Origin: Octopus sinensis | Lineage: Eukaryota | Assembly: GCF_006345805.1 (NCBI RefSeq) | Contig: NC_043000.1 | Span: 58,962,001-59,026,000 of the forward strand | Length of the DNA: 64,000 nt | Direction of reading: 5' to 3' | In this document: piece after piece, positions 13,771-26,230 of the stretch | Layout: every line of letters begins with the position of its first letter | How positions within the stretch are numbered: the stretch's first letter is position 1 | Position numbers and translations under genes: made by a program | Notes under the pieces: model-generated | What the model saw: the letters and a program-made list of their open reading frames with translations, nothing else | Database searches by the model: none | What the model was told of the DNA's origin: nothing

Positions 13771-14824
13771 GCTTGGGTATTTCATAAAATAATCCTATAT
13801 CATTCACATATTTCTGTCAATTTTCTTTCTATTTATATAATTTACTTTACCCAACTAATTATAATCAATCCTTTTATACTAAATTCAATAAATAAAATTT
13901 GAAAAGTAAATACCAACCTGGCTTTCACCAGTTTGAACTCAGCTCATGTAAAATTTTAAAAATCGAAATGATTTCCCTAATGAAGCTCACACACCATAAT
14001 CCTTTTAGTGCATAAATCAGATATATCCACTCAAAATTTCATTACCTTCAATTGGGTGAGGCAGTTTTGTATACCAATCTTTGGTATATATTTTTGAAGA
14101 ATGTCGTGTTTGAAACTATTTATTGATGAGACACATTAAGTTTATTGAGGCAGAAAATACCAAATCTATTTTTTGGTAGATCTTTATCATCATTACTAGG
14201 AATAACCATGGAATTTAATTTTGCATTCAAAGAGTTAAGATTACTTTAATCCAACATTGTGGTTGCAATCGCCTTTTATAATATTTCTCTGTCACACTCT
14301 AACTTTTCATCACCTGATACTGGATTATCTTGTCAGGTACCCCCTCCGTTATAGCAAGACACCTGTTTCTGCCTCTGTCTCTTTGTCACCCTCTAAACAT
14401 TCATCCTCTGACATGAGTACCCCTCCTCAAATTCTCATGCCCCTCTCATAATTCCTTGTCTTGCAAGTTACATGTCGACCCTGCCAGTACTGGTACCACA
14501 TAAAAAGCATCCAGTCCACACTGTAAAGTGGTTGACATTTGGAAGGACATCCAGCTGTAAAAATCATGTTAAAATTAACCTCACCTGTGCTAGTGCCACA
14601 TAAAAGCACTGAGTCCACTCTGCAGAGTGGTTGGTGTTAGGAAGGATATCTAGCTATAAAAATCCTACAAAAACACACACAGTAGCATAGAGTAGTTTTT
14701 CTAACTGGCCAGCTTCTGTGAGCACAGAAGATGGATAATAGACAATGATGATGAACTCTAAGGAAATCTGATAACTACAAAGGCTCATCATCATTTTTTC
14801 CTCTTTTCTTTTTATGGCTTAGAG

Positions 14825-15205
14825 CAATGGTTCTCAACCACAGTTCATATGACCCTTGGGGGTCCATGTAAGATTTGGTGGGGTCCATGCAAACAAAGTA
14901 GTAAATTAGGGGATCCATAATAGTATTTAAAGGGTGTATAAAAAATTTGCTTTAGATATATTTACTGCAAGAAATAGCTTGGTTTCTTTCTCTAGTATTT
15001 TACATAGTTAACATGTTTCTGGTCACAGAAACATTCTCTCAGAGAGTGTTATTACAAATCTCTGCAAGAGAATGAGTGAGAGACAAAATAAGAATTTCGA
15101 AAGTACCTATAAAAATAGTTTTTAAACACTGAATGGCTATGGGGATTCACCAGAATAATGTAGTAATCAAAGAAGTTCATAACTAAAATGTGGTTGAGGA
15201 TAATG
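14825..15205. mobile_element. Degenerate hAT-type MITE
   Basis: Termini CAATGGTTCTCAACCA ... TGGTTGAGGATAATG resemble hAT/Charlie TIRs. Confidence 0.45.
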
Positions 15206-15459
15206 GGAAGCACCTTGATCTTTCACAGGATATCCAAGACTGATGTGGGGTGGGCATCATTCATGAGTTGTCCTCATATCGAAAACTTGATCCAAATATT
15301 TAAATGAACAGACTTAACTAAAGGCACTTAAGGGCTGAGGGAACAGTTTAACACCACTATCTTCTGCTTTTATCATATTCAGAAAGTTGATCTTGCATTA
15401 ATAATCTTACCTGTGGACTATGAATATTCCTCCTTTCAGTTTTTCTTTAGCAGCACATG

Positions 15460-15790
15460 TGAAAGTACATGGCTTAGTGATTTGGATAGATGGCTCATGA
15501 TCGTAGGGTCATGAGTTCAATTCCCTGTGACACATTGTATCCTTGAGCAAGACACTTTATTTCACATAACTGCCATCCACTCAGCTGGCAAAAATGAGTA
15601 GTACCTATATTTCAAAGGGCCACCCTTGTTACACTCTGTGTCATGCTGAATCTCCCTGAGAGCTACGTTGATGGTACCCATGTCTCTGGAGTCTCAGCCA
15701 CTTACACATTAATTTCATGAGCAGACTGTTCCATTGATTAGTTGATCAACTAGAACCCTCATCATCATAATTGACAGAGTGCCAGTTACA
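15460..15790 (+). mobile_element. Third tRNA-headed SINE family
   Basis: A-box/B-box-like head (TGGCTTAGTGATT..GAGTTCAATTCC) then TCCTTGAGCAAGACACTTTATTTCAC. A second copy lies at ~59590-59920. Confidence 0.7.
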
Positions 15791-17534
15791 TGCAAATTTT
15801 AGAGCTCAAATATTCAAAGCAGTATCCTTCATAGATACTACCTTCTTTATGTTCTTTGGGTTGAATTTGATCTTATTCATTATGTTTTTCTCGTCAATGT
15901 CAAGCTATTTCCTCAGTAGACTTAGTCTCTTCTAAACTAGCTTTAGGTTTTAGCCCTGCTGTTCTATAGGCAAACAAAGTACAAGATGTGCCAATATCAT
16001 AGATAAAACTTTTACATAAGTTCCACTGAATCCTAAATAAGTACTAAGTCAATTTTGCCAAATTTTTTCATTGATGTACTTCAGTATTAAGAACAGTGAA
16101 AGCCAGTATCTCTGTGAAGATACTTGATACTCTGTCAATGTATTCCCTTTTATCTTCATGGAATTATAATATCTTCTCTATATTTTAGCTTTAAAAATAT
16201 AACCCACTGATTTTGCCCTATAAGATAAATACTTTTTAGAGTAGGTTTCAGTGAAAGTTGACAAATTGTTATTAAGTGTTTTTGGGACAAGTGAATTCAA
16301 AGTTCCAGATTATAGCAATTTCAGGGGAGGGGATAAGTTGATTACACAGACTCTAGTATTCAGCTGGTTCTTACTTTATTGACTCTGAAAGTATGAAAGG
16401 CAAAGTCAGTCTTGGCAGAATTTGAACTCAGAATATGGAAGGCAGGCAAAATACTGCTAAGCATTTCACCCTGCATGCTAATGATTCTGCTAGCTTGATG
16501 CCTTAACTCAATGGTTCCCAAAGTAAGAGCTATTGTCCCCTCTGGGGTGATGGAAAGTTCTAAGGGTGCATTGAAGAAAAGTGGGACAATAATGGGGTAG
16601 GGAATCATGTAAAAATTGGGGTGAAAATGGGGTGGCGATTCATGTAGAAACAACAAAATAATGGATTCATTGAGTTAAGTTTTATTTGCGAAATACAGTT
16701 GCTTTGAATTTGCTTCAGAAAGAGGTCTATGCCTGTGATGGTTAGTTGGAGTGAGGGTGCTAGGAATTTGGCCTGGATGTCAAGGGGGCAGCCCAAAACA
16801 GTTTGGGAACTACTGCCTTTAATGATAGTGATAATTACATTCATAGGTGTAGGCTTGCTTGTGTAGTTAAGAAACTTGCTTCCCAACCATGTGGTCTTGA
16901 ATTCAGTCCCGCAGTACAGCACTTTGTGAGTGGATTTGGTAAATGGAAACTGAAAGAAGCCTGTTATATGTGTGTTTGTGTATCTTCCTGTAACTTAAGA
17001 GTACAGCAAAAAGAGACCAACAGAATAAGCATCAGGCTTTAAAAAAAAGTATTGGGATCAATTTGTTTGACTAAAGCCTTTGAGACAGTACTTCAACATG
17101 ACTGCAGTCCTGTGACTGAAACAAAGAAAACAAAAGATTCATTGACTAAATTTTCACCAAGTATATAAGGTAGAAATATCTTATTTAGCCATTTTTCTAA
17201 AGCAGGTTTGAATTTCAGTCTCCTCACATTTTACTGTTTACTTTACAAAAAAGAAACACAATCTGTGATAATTATTATCATCACCAACAGCAGTAGCACC
17301 TCCAGCATGTTACATTTACTTTTCCATGCTTGCATGGGTTGGCCTTTTTTCTTTTTGAGGCAGTGTTTTACAGCTGGATGCCCTTTCTGTTGCTTCATGC
17401 AAGGACATGATGTACCTATTCTAAAACTGGAATACACATAGTAAATCTATGATTACCATCAAAATTGTTTACTTTCTATGTATTGATGCTGTAGCTTGTT
17501 TGTCTTGTAATTTTTTTTTTTTTTCTTTTATTAG

Positions 17535-17642
17535 GTAAAGCTGGTGAATTTATAGATAATGGTGATAATACTTTTGGAGGAAAATTTGTGGTGAATCCTA
17601 GTGGTGGTTTGATTTCTAAAGGACATCCTTTAGGTGCTACAG
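17535..17642 (+). CDS. SCP2: SCPx thiolase exon with GHP motif
   Basis: TAG|..|GTAAGA, phase 1/1. (G)[35 protein letters not shown]. Joins in frame to the previous exon across a 15.7 kb intron. Confidence 0.95.
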
Positions 17643-17667
17643 GTAAGAACTGAACATAATTGTTTTA

Positions 17668-17887
17668 CCCTTTAGCATTTAAACTGGCCATATCTAGCCA
17701 AAATATTTCACTTATTTTATGTTCAAATCAGCTAGATTTGGCCTCTCACGCCTATGCTACTATGTTATTCTGAAGATAATCAATCACATCATCAAAATTT
17801 CAGAGCAACAAGGTAATATATGATTAATGCAAAACAATGTGAATAGATAAGTATTACATTTGACAGAGAAATTTGAATGCAAAAGGG
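17668..17887. mobile_element. piggyBac-like MITE
   Basis: CCCTTTAGCATT...AATGCAAAAGGG termini with degenerate TTAA flanks. Starts 25 nt after an SCPx donor site. Confidence 0.6.
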
Positions 17888-18196
17888 TAAAATGATTGTA
17901 TAGAAGCATTCTCCATGTTCTTCACTTAATATAGATTCTTACTACATTGAAGGCATCAAACTGGTAGAATTGTTATTAAATACTGTAGTGGTTGACTTTG
18001 CCTTTCATCCTTTTGAGTTCGATGAAAGAAAAAAAAAGTACCAGTTGAGTGCTGGGATCAATGTAACTTCCTCAATCTGACTTGCCCTTCCTCCTTAATA
18101 TTTCTGGCCTTGTGCCACAGTTAGAAAGAATTATATTGGAATAAATACTTTCACATCAATTTGTAATTTGTCATTGCAACTATTTTCATTTAACAG

Positions 18197-18353
18197 GATT
18201 AGCTCAGTGTTGTGAACTCTGCTGGCAACTACGTGGTTTGGCTCAAAAACGTCAAGTTCCACATGCAAAACTAGCTCTACAGCAAAATATTGGCTTAGGT
18301 GGTGCTTCAGTTGTAGCTGCTTATAAACTTGGATTCCCTTCAGAGCCTCAAAG
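18197..18353 (+). CDS. SCP2: SCPx exon, end of thiolase domain
   Basis: CAG|..|GTAATT, phase 1/2. (G)[51 protein letters not shown]. Confidence 0.95.
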
Positions 18354-18671
18354 GTAATTATCATATTTTGAGAATTAGTATAATCGATTGTACATACAAT
18401 AATTCAAAATGCAATAATGGAAGACACTTGCCCAAGATGCCACATAGTGGGACTGAAATAATTTACAAACCCTTATAATATGCTTCTTTCTTTTTTTTTT
18501 TTTTCCCCAAATATATTTTCACTCTAAATACCTTTTAAAGTAATTTACATTAATTGCACACCAAAATAAGCCATACTTCATATGAAATTATTTAGAAACA
18601 AGGTACTATTACTATTGAAATTGCAAAAACAATTATATATTAAAATGAAATTCTATTTGTTGTTTTTGTAG

Positions 18672-18768
18672 GCAATCCACTTTGAACATGTCTAATGTCA
18701 GTTCTCCAACAGAACAGGATTTCAAATCCTATCCCGTGTTTCAATTGATAAAACAGCAGCTTAAAACT
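18672..18768 (+). CDS. SCP2: SCPx linker / start of SCP2 domain exon
   Basis: TAG|..|GTAAGA, phase 2/0. (R)QSTLNMSNVSSPTEQDFKSYPVFQLIKQQLKT; FKSxxVF matches the start of the SCP2 domain. Confidence 0.88.
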
Positions 18769-18902
18769 GTAAGATATTATTTTGTTGTACTAAAGCAATA
18801 ATGGAATGTTAACTGTGATAAACATTATTTTTAGTCTAGTCAGAGTAGTTTGAAAGAAGCCAACGACAGTCTCACTTTTACAGCTAGATATTATGTAGAC
18901 AT

Positions 18903-18934
<32 letters not shown>

Positions 18935-19443
18935 AGCTATGTTACCTGAGTCTGTGTTTTAAATGCATGAAAGCTTTAATTGTTTTAAATACGTTACTCA
19001 GTCAGTTTTTGGTAAATTTAAAGTTTATATTACCGTATATACTCAGCTATAAGTTGCACTTTTTCCTTGAAATTTTTCCCTCAAGTTGGAGGTGCAACTT
19101 ATAAGCGCATCCTATAAAAAAATCTCCAGATATTTTCTGGGTACAAGCCACATCTGAAGTTTTGACATTTGGAATAACCGAAATGGATAAAATTTTGCAT
19201 TATAAACAACGGTTTCTAAAATGCATGGACTTAATGGGATAACAATTATTGTAAGTCATCTTCAGCTTACTGAAAGCTCAGTTACCAAAAAACAACTATG
19301 TTGTCACAATTCCTAATTGAACTTTGCTCTCCAACATCAAAAATGTCACTGTGACTTATAGTCAGGTCAATGATAAAATTCCCGATTTGAGGGCATTTTA
19401 TAGTCAAGTATATATGGTACTTCAAAATAGTAATTAGTATATA

Positions 19444-20711
19444 TTGGATCATCCCATAAATAATGTGGGTTTTTTTCAATTGCATGGACTAAAAGTCAAA
19501 GGGAGACAGGATAAACTACCTGCATCAACTTGCTATAAAAACAGGTAGTAATTTTACCTTATCCTTATTCTTAGTGTAAGTGTTGAAGAGTGCAGTTCGA
19601 TTTTAAGAGTTACTTTTTCAAAGCTATAATGGAAGTCACAAAGGAGCATATTCGGTATATTTTGCTTTATGAGTTCAATAAAGGCAACAGTGCAATAGAA
19701 AGTGCAAGGAATATTAATGCAGTATATGGGGATTAGACAATAAATGTAAGCCAGTGTCAATGGTGGTTCCAGAAATTCTGAGCCGGAAACTACAGCCTAG
19801 AAGATGAGCCTCATCCTGGAAGATTTATTGAGCTTGATGAGGACATCCTGCAAACCCTAGTGGAACAAAATCCCATCATAATTGTTGAGGAACTAGTAGA
19901 GAAGCTTAGATTTGGTCATTCAACCAGTCAACACCTGCATGACATTGGAAAAGCCAGCAAATTGGGTCAATGGGTCCCACACAAACTTTCGAGTCTAATC
20001 ACATGCAGAGAGTGAATGTATGCTCTTCTTTGCTGTTATGTCTCATGAATGAACCTTTTCTGGACCGAATAGTGACTGGTGATGAGAAATGGGTTCTCTA
20101 TAAAAATGTTAAGCACTGTAGACAGTGGCTAGGCAAAGGAGATACACCAGCACTCCAAGCTAAAGAAAGTCTCCACCCACATAAGATGTTATCTGTTTGG
20201 TGGGATATGAAAGGTTTAGTCCACTTTGAACTTTTAAACCCAAACCAAATGATAGCAAAGGAGAGCTACTGTGAACAGCTTAAGTCAGCACAAGAAGAAA
20301 AACGACCATCTTTGCTTTCAAGATGAAAGGTGTTCTTCCATCAGGAGAATGCTCAGCCACATACAGTGAGGATGACATTCCAAACGGCTGAAGCAGTCTG
20401 AATGGGAAACAGTGCCCCACCCACTATATTCACCGGACATTGCCCCATCTGATTATCATTTATTCCACACTCTTCAAAATCATTTGGATGGAAAAAATAT
20501 GAATCCTGGAGACAAGGTCAGAACAGTAGTAGAGAAATATTTTTCATCACAGACAAGTGAATTTTAGAAGAGAGGCTTTGCAAGTCTACCAAATAGATGT
20601 AAGAGCATTGTAGCAAATGAAGGAGAGTATATTTTAGATTTAAAATAATTTTATCTTAATTTTGAAAAATAGAAGTATTTAAAAAAATGCATTATTTATG
20701 GGATGACCCAA
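19444..20711 (+). mobile_element. Mariner transposon, full length, decayed
   Basis: TIRs TTGG[A/G]TCATCCCATAAATAATG with TA TSDs. ORF piece FLDRIVTGDEKWVLYKN..MLSVWWDMKGLVHFELL. Ends 64 nt upstream of the exon at 20776. Confidence 0.92.
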
Positions 20712-20775
20712 TATTTTATAGAATACTTTTTGTTTTAAATATAAAATTTTTATCTGAGTTTATTATTTTATGTAG

Positions 20776-20908
20776 GATGGTGATGCAATGGTGAAAAAAA
20801 CTCAAGGAATCTACTGTATTGAAATAACCAGTGGTCCAGGTAATACCACTGGAAAATGGATCGTAGATTTGAAGAGTGGCACTGGAGAAATTGTTTATGG
20901 AGTAGATA
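20776..20908 (+). CDS. SCP2: SCP2 domain exon
   Basis: TAG|..|GTTAGT, phase 0/1. DGDAMVKKTQGIYCIEITSGPGNTTGKWIVDLKSGTGEIVYGVD. Confidence 0.92.
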
Positions 20909-21668
20909 GTTAGTATCTTTATTTTTCTCTTTGCTTTCTATGACATTTCTAATCCCTGCAAAATTAAGCTATATGAAATATTGAGTTCTAAAGAAAATCT
21001 TGTATATACTTTCATATTCTCACATAAATTCTAATAAATTGCTATAAGAAATAATAATATGAAACTACTTGCAATATATGTGTAATTATTGATCAATGAA
21101 TAATGTTAATTCTTAAGTACAATGCTGTAAGCTAAATTCTTTCTTATTTCATACTTTTAATCCTGTAAACTCTAAGGAAAACTATCCAAACATTAAGTAT
21201 CCTAGCCACAACTTCATGGAAACACAGCATGTGAAACCAACACACACAAACCCATGGTAGCATGGGAAATACATGTGTAACTTATATTTTATCTATGGTC
21301 ATCTCTTAATAAGAATATTGTATTATAATACATTATTTATTATAATCTATCTACATCTATCATATATATATATATAAAAGAGAGTTTGTGTACGTGTGCA
21401 TGCACACACATATTCCTTATGCATTCAAAAACTGAGTTGCTGATTTTGATATATGGGGTATCAAAAGATTCAGTAATCTTTCAACTATCAAATAAACTTT
21501 ATTTTCATTTACATATTTTCTACATTTGAAAGACACTGCTCTACAATGACCAGGTTTCATCAGAAAGAGAAAATAGTTTCACACTTTCAATTTGAATCAA
21601 AATTACAAAGTGTTGCATTACATGAGTGACAATGTATGAATAATGAAAGTAATGTTCCTCCAAATATA

Positions 21669-22841
21669 TTGGGTCTTCTCATAAGTAATGTGGTTTTTCC
21701 AATTATATGAACTAAAAGTCAGACAGAGAAGGATAAACCACCTGCATCAACTTGCTATAAAAGTAGGTAGTAATTTTACCGTGTCCTTATTCTTAGTGCA
21801 AGTTTTGAAAAGTGCAGTTCAATTTTAACAGTTATTTTTTCAAAGCTATAATGGAAGTCACAGAGAAGCATATTTGCTTAGAAGTTCAATAAAGGCAACA
21901 ATGCAACGGAAAGTGCGAGGAATATTAATGCAATATTTAGGGATTAGATGATAAGCATAAGCCAGTCTCAAATGTGGTTCCACAAATTCCAAACTGGAAA
22001 CTACAGCCTAAAAGACGAGCCTTGTCCTGGAAGATCTGAAGAGCTTGACGAGTACATCCTGTAAACCCTGGTGGAACAAAATCCCATTGTAACTGTTGAG
22101 GAACTTGCAAAGAAACTTGGATTTGGTCAAGTTAGTGCTAGAAGTAAAATGATCATCTTTGGTTTCAAGATGAAAGGTGTTCTTCCATCAGGATAACATC
22201 CAGCCTCATACAGCGAGAATGACATTCTAAAGGCTGGAGTAGTTTAAATGGGAAATGATGCCCCACCCACCATTTTTTCTGAACATTGACCCAATTAAGC
22301 AGGAAAAATATGAATTCTGTAGACGAGATCAGAACAGTAGTGGAGGAGTATATTTCATCACAGACAAGTGAATTTTGGAAGAGAGCACTTGCAAGTCTAT
22401 CAGACAGATAGAAGAGCATTGTAGAAAATGAAGGAGAGTATATTTTAGATCATAACTTCTCAAAGTGGGTACTCCCCCCCCATGGGTGTTGAGAGTGTCC
22501 AAGTGGGTGCTTGTGCCTAAGGGGGCAGTGTGGAGTAGTAGAGGAAAAGGAAGCATTAGGAAGAAGGTGGATTGGGGGACGCTATGAATTTATAATATTA
22601 TAGCATTGTATACAAATTATATAATATATTAAATATCAAATGATTCATAGTATATATAAATTAGTAAAATATCTATTTATACATAAAAATAGGGGTGGGT
22701 GCGCTGAGGGTATTATGAGGCCATGAGGTGGACGGTGGCCCAAAAAGTTTGAGAACCTCTGTTTTTAAAAAAAAGAACTGTATCTTAATTTTGAAAAATA
22801 AAAGAAGTATAAAAAAACGCATTATTTATGGGATGCCCCAA
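21669..22841 (+). mobile_element. Second copy of the same mariner family, internally deleted
   Basis: Matching TIRs and TA TSDs. Collinear with 19444-20711 but lacks the DDE core. Interrupted by a MITE at 22451-22761. Confidence 0.88.
22451..22761. mobile_element. hAT-type MITE nested in mariner
   Basis: CATAACTTCTCAAAGT ... AAAAGTTTGAGAACCTCTG termini. The mariner sequence resumes on both sides. Confidence 0.65.
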
Positions 22842-23348
22842 TATAAAGGCTACCAAATAAACTATGTTTTTGGCACAACTCTCTTTGACTACTAAAATAA
22901 CCTCAGAATCAAGGTTGGTCACACAATTTTGAGGTCATTTACAGGCAATATTTCGATTTGCTTCTAATGTTTCGCTTTCATCCAATGTTTCATACATGTG
23001 TAGAATTCTACTCAGACAAACATTTATGAAAGTGTACACATAAATATTGTATTAAAATAAGCCACAACCAAAATAATTTCATTAAAAGACATCCATTCCT
23101 CCTTATGTTATGAAGAAATACAGTCACTCACTCACATGCACACATACATACAAAAAAGATGTATGCATATGTATTTATGTACGTGTATATGAAAGATATG
23201 TGTGTGTGTGTGTGAGAGAGAGAGAGAGTGACTGCATGCCACTTACACACACATGCAAAAAATAGTTAGTTAGTTAGTTAGTTAATTTGGCTCAAAAGCA
23301 AATAGCAAGGCCATGTAGGGGGACATGGAGTTAAGTACAGGGTGGTGT

Positions 23349-26230
23349 TCATGTAAAGAGTTCAGGCCACTTGAGGTCCAGGGAGGCTTTGAACAAAGCA
23401 GTCGTCGGCATCTTCACCATCTCGTCTGGCAGCTTGTTCCACGGATCCGCAACCCGGACGGAGAAAGCTCCTCTCCTTCGATTGAGATGAAATTGTCGCA
23501 GGTAGAGCTTTTCGGAATGACCCCGCAGCCGACGCTCCGGAGCAGGAGTGAAGAACAGCTCTTTCAAGAGGTTACACTTCCCGCTTATGATGTTGTGGGC
23601 GAGAATGAGATCACCACAGCGGCGGCGTTTTTCAAGAGAACAAAGGTCGAGCGTCCTCAGCCTTTCTTCGTAGGACAAATTTTTGAGACCATGAACCATG
23701 CGGGTAGCCAGCCTCTGGACTCTTTCGAGGTGCTGTATGTCTTTGAGGAGATAAGGAGAAGAGGCTTGAATCCCATACTCCAATATGGGTCTCACCAGCG
23801 TGACATAGAGTGGCAGGAATATGGCTGCTGTGAGCATTCTGAATGACCGTCGAATCAAAAACAGAATTCCGCGCGCTTTGTTGGCAGCATGGACGCACTG
23901 GCCGAAGGCGAAAAGGAGGAATCCACCAAGATACCCAGGTCCTTTACCTGATCGGTCCTCTCCAGCAGCAGACGACCCGGCTCGAAATCAAGTTGAGTTG
24001 CAGGAGTAGAGCCGACAGGCAGATGACAGCACTTTGACACGTTCAGACACAGGTCCCAATCGTTAGACCGCTTCCAAATTTGGTGGAGGCATCGACGAAG
24101 ATCCTCTATACTACCGCGAGGAGCGACCAGTTTGATATCGTCGGCAAATAGAAGGGTGTGTTGCGTGAGGTCGTCGGGCAAGTCATTTATGAAGACTAAG
24201 AACAACAAGGGCCCAAGCACTGAACCTTGAGGCACGCCACTGCTCGCACTGGAGACGTCGGACCGCGAACCATTAACTTGAACTTGGAAGGAGCGATCTG
24301 AGAGGAAGGCACCAACCCATCGTACAATATCCGGATGGAAACTATATGCTTGAAGCTTGACAAGTAGTAGGCGGTGGTTTACCGAGTCAAAAGCTTTGGC
24401 AAAGTCCAATAAAACGATGTCAACAGCATCACTATCATCGAGGATGCGCGTCACCAATTCTTCCATTACTAGTAAGTTGGTCAAGCATGATCTCTTCGGC
24501 ACGAAGCCGTGTTGGGAATCAGTGATCGAGGCTGTGTTTAGGAGGTGGAGCATCATACTTTTCTTAAGGATGGTTTCGAACATCTTGCTGATTATTGATG
24601 TAAGGGAAACCGGTCGGTAGTTAAGCGGGTCTTCGCGGCTCCCTTTCTTGAAAATTGGGCAGATTATCGCTGTTCTCCAGTCTGCAGGTATAACACCCGT
24701 CGCCAATGACATATTGAATAGTCGTGTTAAGGGCTCGCAGATGACCGGAGCCAACGCTTTGATAACCCGTGGGTGTATGCCGTCAGGGCCGTGACCCTTG
24801 TTGACATCGAGGCCTTGAATAACACGTTTGACTTGGTCCCACGTGATGATCAATCGAAGCATTGGAGGTACCGATCTATCAAATGGAGGGGGTTCACGAC
24901 CATCATCTTGTTTGAAAATAGTTGAAAAAGCCTCGGCAAATAATTGACTCTGTTGATAAGGGTCCTCAATCGATACGCCTGTTGAGTCTACCAACGTTGC
25001 AATCTGGTTGTTCAAGCGGGAATTCCGCTGGACATGGGCAAAGAAGGTTTTTGGATTGCTACTGGCATTTGCCGCGATTTTGTATTCATAACTGAAGCGT
25101 TCTTTCTTTTCAATTTTCACGGCTCGGTCTCGTTGAGTTTTGTACACCTCAAAAGCTGCAGTCGAATCCAGATTTTTGAATTCAGCCCAAGCAATATCTC
25201 TGAGTCGACGTTCTCGTTTAACCTTCTTCGTCACCCAGGGCTTGTGTTTCTTTCTCTTGGGAAGTCCAACGGGAACTGCCTGGTCAGTCAAACAGATTAC
25301 ATATGCTTTGAGGGATGACCATAGTTCGTCAACTGAGGACAACGTCATCAGGGAACGCCAGTCCAGAAGCGCGGAAGCCTCGGTTAGAATTTCAAGATTA
25401 ATTGCAGAGAAGACTCTACATGGCAGCGAAGTAATCGTGGGCGTGGAAAAAGTTGTGTGCATGACGAACTTCAGGACCGCATGATCACTCTTGGCAAGAG
25501 GGGCGCTCACAGATACGTCTGACACTGATCTTGGATAGCGGGAGAATACCAGATCTAGCATAGATGGCTGCTGCCCAGACCGATGCCTTGTCGGATATTC
25601 AACATGTTGCGATAGAAAACAATCTTCAGCCACGTCAAGAAGGGCCTGGCCGAACCGAGAAGATGTTGTACAAATTGATGCGGGCCAATCGATCGCGGGA
25701 GCGTTGAAGTCGCCTAGTACCAAGCAGTCATGCGAAGCTGAAACGAATCTTATCGCTTCGAGTAGATGAGCATCGTCCTGGGGGTCGGCTAGAGGCGGCC
25801 TGTAGACAGCCAACACGGGCAGGCAAAACTCAGATAGGCTCAGCTTGCAATAGACGGCATCGAATTTGGTTGTAGGTTGAGCATTTGTGGGTAGAATACC
25901 GCAGGACGGTTTGTGCTCAGACTTAACATACACAGCAACACCTCGCCTTTTTCCTCTGTCACATCTGAAAAGGACGTAGCCCTGCAGGTGGATCTCTGAG
26001 TCCTTTACTGCTGGAGTCAGCCAAGTCTCGGTGATAGCTATCACATCAGGGGAGTCGCGTAGGGCCAGTGTAAATAGTTCACTGAACTTTGGGAATAAGG
26101 AGCACGAGTTGGTGTAGACGATGCTGAGCTGTGAAGTCTGAGGGGCGGGAGTTGGGGAACAAGCAGAATAAAGGGCATCAGAGATAGCATCGTTGACGGG
26201 GGTATCAACTTCACTTCGATTTGCCCTCAC
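23349..26230 (-). pseudogene. LINE ORF2 (AP endonuclease + reverse transcriptase) with one 1-nt frameshift
   Basis: APE motifs YTN, ITETWL, LGDFNAP, SDH. RT motifs QHGF, DFAKAFDSV, GVPQGSVLGP, FADD. C-terminal RGH..KL..FSVRV..WNKLP. A single missing base near 23900 (SPSAQCVHAANKARG restores the frame) splits 23855-26230 from 23349-23858. Confidence 0.93.

Noticed and set aside
23325-25484. Plus-strand ORFs overlapping the LINE
   Set aside because: Antisense shadows of a GC-rich coding sequence.
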